Shown: in pieces, positions 13,101-28,100 of the stretch
Layout of the letters: every line of letters starts with the position of its first letter
How positions within the stretch are numbered: position 1 is the first letter of the stretch
Assembly: GCF_037042905.1 (NCBI RefSeq)
Contig: NC_087250.1
Span: 8,062,001 to 8,126,000 of the forward strand
DNA length: 64,000 nt
Source of the DNA: Lytechinus pictus
Lineage: Eukaryota
Direction: 5' to 3'
Program-made: the position numbers and the translations under genes
The notes under the pieces: model-generated
Told to the model about the DNA's origin: nothing
The model's database searches: none
Seen by the model: only the letters and a program-made list of their open reading frames with translations

Positions 13101-16100
13101 TTAGTTCTAAGCCAATTAGATAAATGGGCTTCAGTGAAAATCACTATTTGTTCATTGAAATGCTATTTGATTTTTTAAAGGAAAAGTCCACCCCAATAAA
13201 AATTTTATTTGAATAAAAAGACAAAAATCCAACAAGCGTAACACTGGAAATTTTATCAAAATCGGATGTATAATAACAAAGTTATGAAATCTTCAACTTT
13301 CACTTAATTTAGCAAAATAGTTATATGCACATCCTGGTCGGTATGCAAATGATGTGATCAGTAAAAATTGAAATATTGTATAATTCAAACAATAAAGACA
13401 AAAGAAAACTTCGGTGATGGACATCACTGAATCTCCCATTTGCACGTCACTGCATTGTGCATATAAAGCGAAACCTTAAAATGTCATAGCTTTATTTTAC
13501 ATCCAATTTTGATGAAATTTTCAGCATTACGCTTGTTTGATTTTTCTCTTTTGATTCAAAGCAACATTTTTGCTGGGGTAGACTTGACATTTAAGTGATG
13601 ATAATAAAAAATGACTTACCCCTTTATTGTCTTGAATCGTCACAAGTGACTTGTCAGTCTTCAGGAGAAGCTTGGTGGTTAGTTTATGGCCTTTTTTGAT
13701 CGAAAGATGAAGAGGTGTTTGTCCTAAACTATTCCTAATCAATCAAAGAAAAGAATGATTGAGTGACTTGTCTGTCTTTAGAATAAGGTAATTGGTGAGT
13801 TTATTACCCATATTGAAAGCAAGATGAAGAAGTGTTTGTCCTAAACTATTCCTAATCAATCAAAGAAAACAATCATTGAGTGACTTGTCTGTCTTTAGAA
13901 TAAGGTAATTGGTGAGCTTATTACCCATATTGAAAACAAGATGAAGTGGTGTTTGTTCTAAAACATTCCTAATCAATCAAAGAAAACAATCATTGTGATG
14001 AGTGACTTGTCTGTCTTGAGAAGAAGCTGGGTGGTTATTATTTTATGAGCAAGATGAAGTGGTGTTTGTTCAAAAGTATTCCTAGTCAATCAAAGAAAAG
14101 AATCATGATGATGATGATGATGAGTGACTTGTCTATCTTGGCGACTAGTTTATGAGCCCTTTTGAAAGCTAGATGAAGCGGTGTTTGTCCTAAACTATTC
14201 ACAACCAATAAAAAAAAAGAATCATTGTGATGCGTGACTAAACAGTCTTCAGGAGAAGCTTGGCGGTTATTAGTTTATGAGCCCTTTTGAAAGCAATATG
14301 AAGTAGTGTTTGTCCTAAACTATTCCTAATCACTCAAAGAAAACAACAGTGATGAGTGACTTGTCTATCTTTAGAAGAAACTGGGCGGTTATTAGTTTAT
14401 GAGCCCTTTTGAAAGCAATATGAAGTGTTTGTCCTAAAATATTCCTAATCACTCAAAAAAAACCATCATTGTGATGATTCCTAGTCAATCAAAGAAAACA
14501 ATCATTGTGGTGAGTAACGGGTCTGTCTTGAGAACAAATTAAGTGGTAAGTTTACAACTCATTTCGAAAGCAAGAAGAAGTGTTTGTCCTAAACTTTTCC
14601 TGATCACTCAAAGAAAACAATCATTGTGGTGAGTAACGGGTCTGTCTTGAGAACAAATTAAGTGGTAAGTTTACAACTCATTTCGAAAGCAAGAAGAAGT
14701 GTTTGTCCTAAACTTTTCCTGATCACTCAAAGAAAACAATCATTGTGGTGAGTAACGGGTCTGTCTTGAGAACAAATTAAGTGGTAAGTTTACAACTCAT
14801 TTCGAAAGCAAGAAGAAGTGTTTGTCCTAAACTTTTCCTGATCACTCAAAGAAAACAATCATTGTGGTGAGTAACGGGTCTGTCTTGAGAACAAATTAAG
14901 TGGTAAGTTTACAACTCATTTCGAAAGCAAGAAGAAGTGTTTGTCCTAAACTTTTCCTGATCACTCAAAGAAAACAATCATTGTGGTGAGTAACGGGTCT
15001 GTCTTGAGAACAAATTAAGTGGTAAGTTTACAACTCATTTCGAAAGCAAGAAGAAGTGTTTGTCCTAAACTTTTCCTGATCACTCAAAGAAAACAATCAT
15101 TGTGGTGAGTAACGGGTCTGTCTTGAGAACAAATTAAGTGGTAAGTTTACAACTCATTTCGAAAGCAAGAAGAAGTGTTTGTCCTAAACTTTTCCTGATC
15201 ACTCAAAGAAAACAATCATTGTGGTGAGTAACGGGTCTGTCTTGAGAACAAATTAAGTGGTAAGTTTACAACTCATTTCGAAAGCAAGAAGAAGTGTTTG
15301 TCCTAAACTTTTCCTGATCACTCAAAGAAAACAATCATTGTGGTGAGTAACGGGTCTGTCTTGAGAACAAATTAAGTGGTAAGTTTACAACTCATTTCGA
15401 AAGCAAGAAGAAGTGTTTGTCCTAAACTTTTCCTGATCACTCAAAGAAAACAATCATTGTGGTGAGTAACGGGTCTGTCTTGAGAACAAATTAAGTGGTA
15501 AGTTTACAACCCATTTCGAAAGCAAGAAGAAGTGTTTGTCCTAAACTTTTCCTGATCACTCAAAGAAAACAATCATTGTGGTGAGTAACGGGTCTGTCTT
15601 GAGAACAAATTAAGTGGTAAGTTTACAACCCATTTCGAAAGCAAGAAGAAGTGTTTGTCCTAAACTTTTCCTGATCACTCAAAGAAAACAATCATTGTGG
15701 TGAGTAACGGGTCTGTCTTGAGAACAAATTAAGTGGTAAGTTTACAACCCATTTCGAAAGCAAGAAGAAGTGTTTGTCCTAAACTTTTCCTGATCACTCA
15801 AAGAAAACAATCATTGTGGTGAGTAACGGGTCTGTCTTGAGAACAAATTAAGTGGTAAGTTTACAACCCATTTCGAAAGCAAGAAGAAGTGTTTGTCCTA
15901 AACTTTTCCTGATCACTCAAAGAAAACAATCATTGTAGTGAGTAACGGGTCTGTCTTGAGAACAAATTAAGTGGTAAGTTTACAACCCATTTCGAAAGCA
16001 AGAAGAAGTGTTTGTCCTAAACTTTTCCTGATCACTCAAAGAAAACAATCATTGTGGTGAGTAACGGGTCTGTCTTGAGAACAAATTAAGTGGTAAGTTT

Positions 16101-19100
16101 ACAACCCACTTCGAAAGCAAGAAGAAGTGTTTGTCCTAAACTATTCCTAATCAATCAAAGAAAAGAATCATTGTGATGAGTGACTTGTCTGTCTGAGAAT
16201 AAGTTATGTGGTGAGAAATGTCTTCAGGTAAGACATCAACAGTCAACTCATTAGTACAGTCAGTAAAACTCTTACTAGGGTTCTCAGAATGCATACTGGA
16301 TTAAGCATAATTTTAGATGCAATCTGCATAAATGGGTCAAAACTAGTATACAGGCACAAACCTTTGGTTTTCAAAATTCGCATAGTGCACATTGCAAAGT
16401 CTGAAGTAGTGAGACTAGACTCACTACATGTATGTACTGTGGCTGCCTCTTATTTGACAGACAGACGGAAAGTTTCGGGTCTACAGTAGTCTTTACTCCA
16501 GACAGGGTGTAATTGGCTAGAGTGTCCAATTTGAGTCTGCGCTTGCAGACTAGTCCAAAACTACAGATTCAAAGTCATTTCGGCCTACAAGTTTGAAAAT
16601 AATCCTATCTTACTGTTCACAGAGTCTGACATCATCATCGTCCTGGTTCTTCAGGATAGCTTTGGCCGTGTCTAAATGACCCCCCTGGGCGATCAGGTGC
16701 ATGATACTGTTATCTTGGGAGTCTTTCAGATGGAGAGAACGCCTGTGCCATGATGCAAACTCCAATAGACTCCTACATGTACATAAGAATGAAAACATGA
16801 ATTGATGACATTGTAACTGAGGGGTTATGGATCAAGATACAGGCATTTATTTAAACTGGGTTCCAAAAGAAACTGATCAAACTTTACAAGGGCGCTTCTC
16901 AAATTTCACTCAGTCAAAATGAACAATATTTTTACACAGGCTAGCTTCAATAATCTTTACTACACATATGTCAATAATTAAGAGATTGGTTCAATCACAG
17001 AGAGGTTATAGCCCCTCAAATCAATTGGTTTCAGAACCCAAAGTCATGAAATGGCAAAAGAACAACCACTGAAAATGAGATGCGATTAAACAAACTTCCC
17101 ACTTTATCACACATTTCCTTCACAGGCCACTTTAAGTGAATGGCTTGATCTCAAAGAAGCAACAGGAAGTCAAAATAAAAATGTTAAATGACTAGAAGAA
17201 TCACACAGGAACAGATCCCCGGGAATGTCCCGGTAAGCGAGGGATAATCTGAACTCAGCGTTTTTCTGTGTGTGTCTGAGTTAGATACACAGAGACACGC
17301 TCCGTGTTCAGATTATCCCCCACTTACCGGGACATCTTCGGGGGGGGGGGGGGGGGTGTTGTATGCTGCTATGTGATTGTTACAGTCATTTAAAATTTTG
17401 ATGTTAATTTCCTATAGCTTCTTTTTTGATTGAGCCAAGCACTAAAACATGCCAGTGAAGACATGTATAGTAAACTCAGAAGTTTGATTAGTCATGTCTC
17501 AATTTCAATGGTCTCTCTTTTGCCACTTTGCATGTTTCGTGACTTTGGATTCTGAAAACAATTGATGTGATAGGCTACACTCTCTCTGTGATTGAAGGAA
17601 TCTCTTACTGTGCTTAGTAAAGATTACTGTATAGAAACCATGTTATTCAAAATAGTAAATGGGCTACATGGCAAAATGGATGTAGACCAAATGTGACCAG
17701 CGACTCCAAAACCACCAATAAGTCGCTAGGGAAGGTTCTCTGTAATAGTCAAAATAGTAAATTGGTCTTCAAAAAGCCAAAATTTAAAAATTGGCTTAAT
17801 TAATATCTCAAAATTCATTTTGGTCAAGTTATTGTTGGTTTTGGGGTGGAAAAGGAAAGTAGAAAAACTGGATTTATTCCGATACTTACTCTGTCTGTCC
17901 TTTGGCTGCACAGAGCAGGATAATCTTCTCCATCTCCATAGATTCACATCCTGTACTGATGTCATCAAACCGGTTTAGCAACTCCTACAAGAGAGAGTTA
18001 AAGGTAAAAGAAAGTAGTTGCAGCAAACAATAATTTCATGAGAAAGTCTTTGAAATCAAGGTGAATGCCACCATATTATCATATATCTATTTCTGGTACA
18101 TTGAAATCACCTCATCTTTGTGAAATCATGAAATCTATGCTAAAAACGGATAATTCTGATGATCACTAACAAAAAAAGGCATATGCGGGACGATGTATTA
18201 ATATTATTTGGAATAATACCGGACATTTTATGAAATTCCGTGCTTATTTTGCTCATTTCTGAGCAATTACACATTTTCCTCCACAGTCATTTGGCACATA
18301 TTTTCTATCTATACATTCTTACACTTGGGTGGTCATTTTATTGGATTCTGTTTGGACTCATTTTGAGAACGTTACCACAACTGGTGTTTATCTTTAAAAT
18401 TATAAACACAAACAAACTTCCAAAGAAATTTACAAACAATTCTTCTCTAAATCAGGGAGGAAGATTTGGATCCTTTCTACATTAAATTTCAAGAAACTAA
18501 CTTGATTTTAAGGCATTTAATCTATTCAGTATACTTCTACATAAAATTTCCTGTCAATCCATACCAAATTCCGTCAGATTTTTTTTTATGTGTCTACTTT
18601 AAGGACAATGTAAAGGTACTCGGTAAAAATGTCAGCAGTATCTAGGACGCTTCTTGACTCTGCTGGTGGTGGTATACGGTCCTATGACATTTGCTACGGC
18701 GACAACTGCTCCGCTGTAAATTCCACACACTAAAGGAATGACCAACTTAAACCCTGGATATATTACTATACCCTATCATAAAACTAACACAAAACCCCTA
18801 TTCCAAACCTAACCCAATTGTCGGCAGAGCAAATGTCGTATCACCTGGTATACAAATGATAGAGGTAAAAAAAAGTCACAGGTAAAAGCAAACTGAACGT
18901 ATTACCAATGTCATAATTGGTATCTTTAAAACATGATACATAGATGAATAAATTAGACATACCTGAAGCACCAAAGAAAGATTTTTTTCGACTGAGATCC
19001 ATTTGATGAGTTCAATCAGGATGGATGAATCTTTGATGTGTTTGAGAAGGACAACCAGGCTATCGCTAGATCCTTTCAAAGCAGTGAACTTCAGCAGAGA

Positions 19101-22100
19101 TGGAGATCCGTCAACTTCGTAGTCATTTAAATTTAGTTTCACCTCCTTGTCATGACTGAAAATAAAATATAAATAATAATATTAATAAAAACGGCATAGG
19201 CCTATTTACCCAGGGTAGCCACTTCAGTTGCGAAAAATGTTCTCCCAATGGGCCTGCCCTGCAATTATTATTACCCCGACTATAGAGTACCGAAGTGATG
19301 ATGTCACAAAAAACTTTTTTAGCATTTTAGATACCATATTTTGGTAGAGCATGATGAAAAACCCCCACTACCAAAATTTGGTGGGAATCGGTCCATTGGG
19401 GCCTTAGATATGACCTCACGAATACATAATTAGCCCCATTGAAGTCAATGTATTATTGGTCTGGTTTTAAATATTAGGAACCAGGTCAATGATACATTGA
19501 CTTCAATGGGGCTAATTATGTATTCATGAGGTCATATCTTGGGGCCCCATGGACCGATTCCCACCAAATTTGGATTGTGGGGGTTTTTCATCATGCTCTA
19601 CAAAAAGTATGGTATCAAAAACCCTGAAATGCTAAAAGTGAAAACTGATGACATCACACTTCCATACTCTATAGCCTAGGCGCTCAAGCATGCAAGGAAT
19701 TTCTTCCTACCGGGTACCCATTCACCTCACATAGGTTGAGTGCAGCACAATGTAGATGAGTTTCTTGCTGAAGGAAATTACGCCATGGCTGGGATTCGAA
19801 CCCACGTCCCTCAGATTGACAGATTAAAGTCATAACCACTAGACTACGACACACCCACATATATAGGGAAACCAATATTTATATCAAAACAAGTAGGCCT
19901 ATAGAGTATACTTACATGTAGTTCTTCTTTAGTACGAACACATAACTTAGCAACTGGTATGAAATAATGTTATTCATTAATGAAAACGACCAACGTCAGC
20001 GTTCATCCGGTCTGACATATCAGACCATTTTAGTCAAAATATCGATGGTGAGATTTTTCACAGAAAATGAAAGAACAAGTCATACTCTATACATAGTTAA
20101 CTTTCTATCCATCGATTTATTTTAGTTTCGGAGAAAAGAGAGCATTTTCAAGACAATGGCATAAATCTGATTGGAAACGTGTACTGCGGCAGAGCAAACA
20201 ACAGCTGCGTGCATTTAATGAGCAAACATGCGGTCAGCAAACCTTTCTATCCGTATGCATTGACTTTGCAGATGAAAGAATGTTACCACAGTTTGCGTGT
20301 ATTGAAAATGCAATCAGGACTGGTGTATTCCCTATGATCTTTTTTTTGCACAGGGGAAATGTAAACCGCTTTAACTAAAATTACAATCATGTACAGTATT
20401 TCATTTGTGATATTTTCTCCTATTCTCAGTACTGTGTAAAAATTGAAATATCGATGTCAAGCAAATATCTAGCTTTTCCAACTATGTAGTTTTTCTGGCA
20501 ATAAAAATATCGTACGGCTGGGGACAAAAATGTGGAGATTACAGTAAACTTTTAATTCATTTTTGTCTGAAACGGGTTTGCGATGTCGTATCTGTGATAC
20601 AACGGTGCGGATGTACAGTACTGAGTAATTCTTGTTTATTACACACACACATACCTTTGATACATGATGCATATTTCTTCTGTGACTTCGGCATAATTTC
20701 CCCTGCAGGCATAGTGCAGAGGCGTCAGCCCTTTTGAATTCTTTGCATCGAGGAGTAGAGGGCAAAGGTCGTGGAGCATATGGAGGATATCGAGGTGTCC
20801 CTGTTTGCAGGCAGTGTGCATGATGGTAGATCCGTAGCGAGACTTGACGTCCAGAAGATAATTGGCAGAGGCATTTTCTTTCTGATCTTCTGGACTTACT
20901 GAAAAAATTATCAATAAAGAAATAAAATGTTATAATGATACTAAACTGTGGAGGATATCTAGATGTCTGTTTGCAGGCCGTGTGCATGATGGTAGATTCG
21001 TAGCGAGACTTGACGTCCAGGAGATAATTGGCAGACACACCCTCCTTTTGATCTTCTGGACTTACTGAAAAAATTTATCAATAAAGAAATAAAATGTTAT
21101 AATGATACTAAACTGTGGAGGATATCTAGATGTCTGTTTGCAGGCCGTGTGCATGATGGTAGATCCGTAGCGAGACTTGACGTCCAGGAGATAATTGGCA
21201 GAGGCACCCTCCTTTTGATCTTCTGGACTTACTGAAAAAATTCATCAATAAAAAAATAAAATGTTATAATGATAATACATGTAGGCTGTGGAAGATATCA
21301 AGGTGTTTGTGTGCATGATGGTTGATTCGTAGCGAGACTTGACATCTAGGAGATAATTGGCAGACGCATCCTCTTTCTGATCCTCTGGACTTACTGAAAA
21401 AAATTGTCGATAAAGAAGAGAAAGAGAGTATATGAATGATATCAAGATGTCAGTATGAAGGCCGTATGGATGACTGACTTGATGGTAGATCCATGTACGT
21501 AGCGAGACTTGACGTTGAGGAGATAATTGGCAGACGCACCCTCTTTCTGATCTTCTGGGCTTACTGAAAATAGTAATTAATGAAGAAGAGAAATATATAT
21601 TCTAGACTGTGAGAGATAGCAAGAAAAAAGGCTATGAACCATGCAAAAATTTTGCAGAATTGCTGCGATATTGATCGATTGCGCTCCGAAACAGAATAAA
21701 AATGGTTGCACCCATGCATGGGGATTACAATGCTTCAGGCTGATAAATTCAAGCGAGACAAGGCAAAAGCGATTTTGTGTCTCGCCCAATTTTTGAAAAT
21801 AACCAGAAATATCTTGATTTGCTAGGGCACGCAACAGAATTGTATCGAAACCATGACGTGTTTCCTCCGTTTAAGAAATACCCCACCAGGTTATAACACA
21901 GGAACCCCTTTGCCCTGCGTGTTATGTCAATGGGAGCTCAAGTGGGGTATATTCGACACCCCACTTTCAGTTTTTGGGAGAGTTTCATTTCTCTCTTTTA
22001 AACTGGGGAGGGGTGGACTGACAGCTGATAAGAGCTGATAACACACAGCAACCAATGATGACCACAGCGAGTGAAGTTGGATTGCAGCTGTCCACCTTAC

Positions 22101-25100
22101 GTAAAAGTATAAACAAACTTTTAAGAGCTTCCTGGCCCTTCCTGGCTGACAGAAATCTAGGAATGATTAATTTGTATTCTATTTGTTTTAGGACATTGGC
22201 ATATCGAAATTTAGATGAAGATCAAAATGGAAGTTTGAACGATGCAAAATGACCCACAATTGGCGAAATTAGAATAAGTAAAACAAAAGAAGTTCTGGAA
22301 TATTGCATGTCTCTCTTCCTCTCTCCCTGCCAGTGCTGCCAGGCAGTGAGGGTCACTGTGAAATGACTGGGATGGAATAACACTTGTCATAAGACTACGT
22401 AAACTTTAATGTTGACCTCAAAATGAACTTTGACCATACCATGTGACCGCCCAACACAATAGCATGCAGGTCCCTACATCTACCATCCAAGTTTGGTTGA
22501 AAAGTGATTTACGGTTGCAGAGTTATATGTCATAAGAGAGTCTTGCACGAAAACTTTAATGTTGACCTGAAAATGACCTTTGACCTTACCATGTGACCTC
22601 CGACTGCAGCATGACATCCTGGGGAGCGTTTCATCAATATTTTCATCCGACAAGTTGTCAGATCTGACATCTTTCCTTGATTCTGATTGGCTGAGAGGCA
22701 CTGTTCCTATGGTAACTGTCGGATAAACTGGTACTTGTCGGATAAAATGTCCGACAAGTCCTTTCATGAAACGCCCCCAAGGTCTCATAACTACATCGAC
22801 AATACAAGTTTTTGTGAAAAGTGACTTGCGGTTGCGGAGTTAGGTGTCATAAGAGAGTCTTGCATGTAAACTTTAACGTTGACCTGAAAATGACCTTTGA
22901 CCTTACCATGTGACCTTCGACTGCAGCATAACATGCAGGTCCCGCAAGCCCATCTACCATCCAAGTTTGGTTGAAAAGTGACTTACAGTTGTTGAATTAT
23001 GTGTCAGAAGGTTTGTGACGGACGGACAATGGACGACATTTGGATCCCTAAGTCTCGCCTTCACCTCTGGTGTGCGAGACAAAAATTGAGAATTCCTGCT
23101 CAGTAATATTATTTTCATAGCTACTTGCTTGATTTATGGTTTGGAAAAATCGTATCATGTAAAAGTTTTAATATATAGATCAAGATAAGGAAATTGAAGT
23201 CTGAAAGTGCTTGATATTCTCGGTCTTTGGTGACACTGAATTTTTCTATGTTTTCTTTATTTTAGTGGTCCACTGGTCTGGAAGAAATTGCACCGGTGAC
23301 TGATGGCTTTGGGCAGGCACCATTGAACCATCAGAGTTCGACTCAGGCCTACTTTAAATATCGATATTTTATTATTGTAGAGTATGAAAATGAATAGAAA
23401 ATTAATGATTGTTGCCAATTTGAGGTTGCCATTTTGATGAACAAATGATGATTAATCTCGACCCCATGAAGCTATGTATCTTTAGAAATTAAATACCTAC
23501 CACAGAGCATACAGCACCTGATCAGCATCTCATTACCCGTCTTGATAACCTCGTGGAGCACCGTCTTCTGATAGATGTTCTGAGCCAACAAAATCTGCAA
23601 ATAACCGAGAAAAAAGTATTGCATTATAGGCTACTTATTTGGACTAAATTCTGATCAGGGGAGTCTTTCATCAACATTTGCGTCTGACAAGTTGTCTGAT
23701 CTGGGGCCTGTTGCAGAAAGAGTTGCGTTTAAACGCAAGTACAAAAATCAATCGCAAGTCCCAAATGCGCGCTGTTGATTGGTTGAAAATCAAGTTGCGC
23801 ATAATTTTTAGAGTTGCGATTGATTGCAACTCTTTCTGCAACGGGCCCCTGACATCCGTTCTTGATTTTGATTGGCTGAGATGCACGGATCGCATGGTAA
23901 ATTTCGGATAAAACAGTACTTGTCGGATAAAACGTCTGACAATTCCTTTCATGAAATGCTCCCCAGGGGGAGTGTTTCAACAACATTATTGTCCGACAAG
24001 TTGTCAGATCTGACAACTTTTCTTGATTTTGATTGGCTGGGAAGCACTGTTACTATGACAACTGTCGGGTAAAACAGGACTTGTCGGATGAAATGTCCCA
24101 CAAGAGCTAGCTTTCATGAAACGCTCCCCAGAGCAACTCAAATATAGTTAAATTTGGACTTACACTGGAATATATAGAATAATTTTTTTAAATTCCCCCC
24201 CCAAAAAAATCAACTGATACTGTTTTTAATATCCTCAAAAGCAAGTGTGCCCAATATCGCATCAAAATTAGAGCTAAATATTTGATTTTCTTCCAAAAAC
24301 ACTCTGGCCCGTCGCCTCTAAATTGATGCTTGTTACCGAGGATACAGAACCAATGAGTTCTCATTTTTGTTTTGATTAATGTATATAACAGTGGGCTCAT
24401 TAATGCCGTAACCTTAGTAACGGTTGATAATTTTGCTCCTATTATACGCTTTCTCAATATACTCGCTGAATTAAGCTTAATTGATGATGAAATCTGTGTG
24501 AACCATGGTTTTAAACCACTACTTCAAAACCACCTTTGACAAATTCGAGCCTCCATGTCCATTAAGGGATGGGAAAAGGGTGTATGGGGGGGGGGGGGGG
24601 GCGGGGGAGGTGCCAAGGACCCTATCTAGGTCAATTTATTCATATATATATATATATTTTTTTTTTATCGGGAGGGGGGGGAGGTGCCAAGGACCCTATC
24701 TAGATCAATTTATTCATATATTTTTTTTGTGTTTTTTTTTCGGGAGGGGGGGGGGGAGGAAGGAACATTGCTTCAATTTAGTGGTGACCTTTGTCCTTTC
24801 TCGCATACATTCGTAATTCCGAAGCTTCGTTATTCCGAAGGTTCGGATATTCCGAAGGTTCATTATTCCGAAGGTTCGTATTTCCGAAGGTTCGTAATTC
24901 CGAAGGTTCGTTAGTCCGAAAACGAAATGAGGTTCGTTATTCCGAAGGTTCGTTAATCCGAAAAAGAAATGAGGTTCGTAATTCCGAAGGTTCGTTAGTC
25001 CGAAAACTAAATGATTAACTAACCTTATTTCGTTTTCGGACTAACGAACCTTCGGAACATCGAACCTTATTTCGTTTTCAGATTATTGAACCTTCGGAAT

Positions 25101-28100
25101 AACGCCACAAATGTTCGGATTAACGAACCCTTTTACGTTTTCGGATTAACGAACATCGAGGTATAGGCAATTTACGTGTTTCGGAATTACGAACCTTCGG
25201 AATAAAGAACCTTCGGAATTACGAACCTTTGGAATTACGAAGTGTAACCGTCCTTTCTTACCTTCCGCATGTCACATCCTCTATGCTGACAGCCCGAAAG
25301 GAATCGCAAAGCGTACTTGACGTTGCCTTTTTTCAGGATGATGTAGAGGGGGGTGTTCTTGGCGGCATTGACGGCGAGGGGATTGGCTCCGTGCTTCAGA
25401 AGCAAGAGGGCGCTCTCAAACTGACCGTTGTGGCAGAGGATGTTGAGAAGGTTTGAATTGACCCTTCCAAACTTGACTGGTTGCTGTGTAGAGGGAACAG
25501 AATGAAAAGAGGTTTATTTCTTTCACAAGCCTAGCTCACACTTTTATGTTCTCAAGCTGCATATTGCTGCATTAGGGGAAAGCAGCAATACGCTGCCTAA
25601 AGTACCACACTCTACGCAGAAAAATGTTCGGTTGCAAACACACATTTGCGTACAAGCTCATATAAAGTTGCACATCATAAAACACAGTGATCCAAGTTAA
25701 AGCAAAGGAACAGTAAATACATGTACATGTAAATCAAAGCAGTAATAATTGCACACTCTAAATTGGCAATGCAATAAAACGAAATAACTATTTAAAATAC
25801 AAAATGGCATATTTTCATATGAATTTTGCCTTCAATATTCATTTTGACCCATGTTACATGTATATCCATATTTCTCTTTTTCAAGTATGAAAAGAAATAC
25901 AAATTCACCAATTATTGCCAATTTAGGGAACAAAGGTAAATAAATCTTGGCAATGTCATCAATACCTACATCCACTCGGATATGTGGATGTGAGAGTAGA
26001 GCTCTGACCACCATCTTCTGACTGGCAAATTGGCAACACATTGAAAATAATGAAATCACTGTTTAAAAATGCAAATTGGCAACAATTTCCTAAAATTCTT
26101 CATTCTCATTCATTTAGACTCACACATTTCCATTTTTTTTTCAAAGTATGAAAATAACAAGTGGAATGCCTCTGGCTGTCTCACCTGCATCACGCGATTC
26201 AATATAGCAGCAGTGCTGACGTTGAAAACTACTATAAAATAATTATTCACAAAAAACACCATTCATATAATGATACAATACTAAGTTCATTGATATTTGA
26301 CCTTGATCATGTGACCTAAAACTTGTCAGTGATACTTGATTACCTACCCCTTTATCCACATTTTATACACTATATCTATAAACTTTGAAAGTTATGACAG
26401 CAATCTAATAATTACCTCTAAAATGGCAAAATTTCAATGACCTTAAATGACCTTTGACATTAGTCATGTGATCTGAAACTCGCACAAGATGTTCAGTGAT
26501 ACTTGGTTACTCTAATGTCCACGTTTTATGAACTAGACCAATACACTTACAGAGATATGATGGTAATTCAACAAATACCTCCAACATGGCCAAAGTTCGT
26601 TGACCTTAAGGACGTTCCACAGTTAAAGTGAAATCCATGTCATTTTCACCAAACTTTGCACATAGATACTTTAGAACCTTAATATTCGAAATATGCAAAA
26701 ATTAACACAGGTCCATGTGCTTGATTTTTTGCTATAGAACTTCAAAGTTCACCCAAATTGATGTTCTTAAGAATTGCGCATTTAAAAGAATTTGGCATTT
26801 TTAGACCGCCCAAGATTACTACAATGAGTTTAAACCTGTATTACTCAGTCAAAATACATGAAAAAGTCATCAAATTTCGCAAGAGAGTTAATAATTGTAT
26901 CGTTAGAATGGAGAATATATTTATAGTGCTATTTGTTTGCAATTTTAAGTTTAACAGCACTGTCAGTTCTTAAAAATGGCGTAAAAGATAACAAAATCCC
27001 AATCTAAAAAATGTGAAATTTCAGTAACAAACTACAAAAGTACAATAAATGCTGCACTTTATTCAAAATCCATGTCATTTTCACCAAAATTTGTAGAGTT
27101 GTAGAGGAAGGTATACATAAGAGGAACAAACATTAAAAAATAGGGCTTCATGTGCTTGTTTTTAAACTATCAGCAATTTTATTAGAGCAAATGTGCTTTT
27201 TAGAACACCAAAAATGCGCCGAATGCTTTGTATCTATGTGAAGAAAAAATCAAAACCACTCTACCATTTATTCAAACTCGGGGTAATATTCGTGATTCTT
27301 GGCAGCACTGCAGGGTAAAGTATTTTGAAATTGTAGAGAATCTTTTTTTGAATGGTCCATGGAATAATTCAATATTTTAGCTTCATGAAATAACGCATCG
27401 GATCTGCAGTTAAAGTGCAGAAGATGTGAAAAATCAGCACATACCCGCAGCTAATTAATCACCTGTTCATCCATTGTGACGTCAGCGCGCAGAGTGTAAA
27501 CTATGCGCAGATCATAATGCGCACAAACATAACTGTGGAACGTCCTTAAATGACTTTTGACCTTGGTCATGTGACCTGAAACTAGGACGGGATGTTCAAA
27601 GATACCTGATTACTCTTACGGCCAAGTTTCATGAATCAAATCTATAAACTTTCAAAGTTATGATGGTAATTCAGCAGATACCCCATTATAGCCAAAATTC
27701 ATTGACCTTTTACGTTGGTCATGTGACCTGAAATTCGCACAGGATGTTTAGTGATACTTGATTACTTTTATGTCCAAGTTTTATGAACTAGACCAATAAA
27801 CTTTCAAAGTTATGATGGTAATTCAACAAATACCCCCAATTTGGCCAAAGTTCATTGACCCTAAATGACCTTTGACCTTAATCATGTGACCTGAAACTTG
27901 CACAGGATGTTCAGTGATACTTGATTACTATTATGTCCAAGTTTCATGAATCAGATCCATAAACTTTCAAAGTTATGATGGTAATTCAACAGATACCCCC
28001 ATTTTGGCCAAAGTTCATTGACCCTAAATGACCTTTGACCTTGGTCATGTGACCTGAAACTCAAGCAGGATGTTCAGTAATACTTGATTAACCTTATGTC

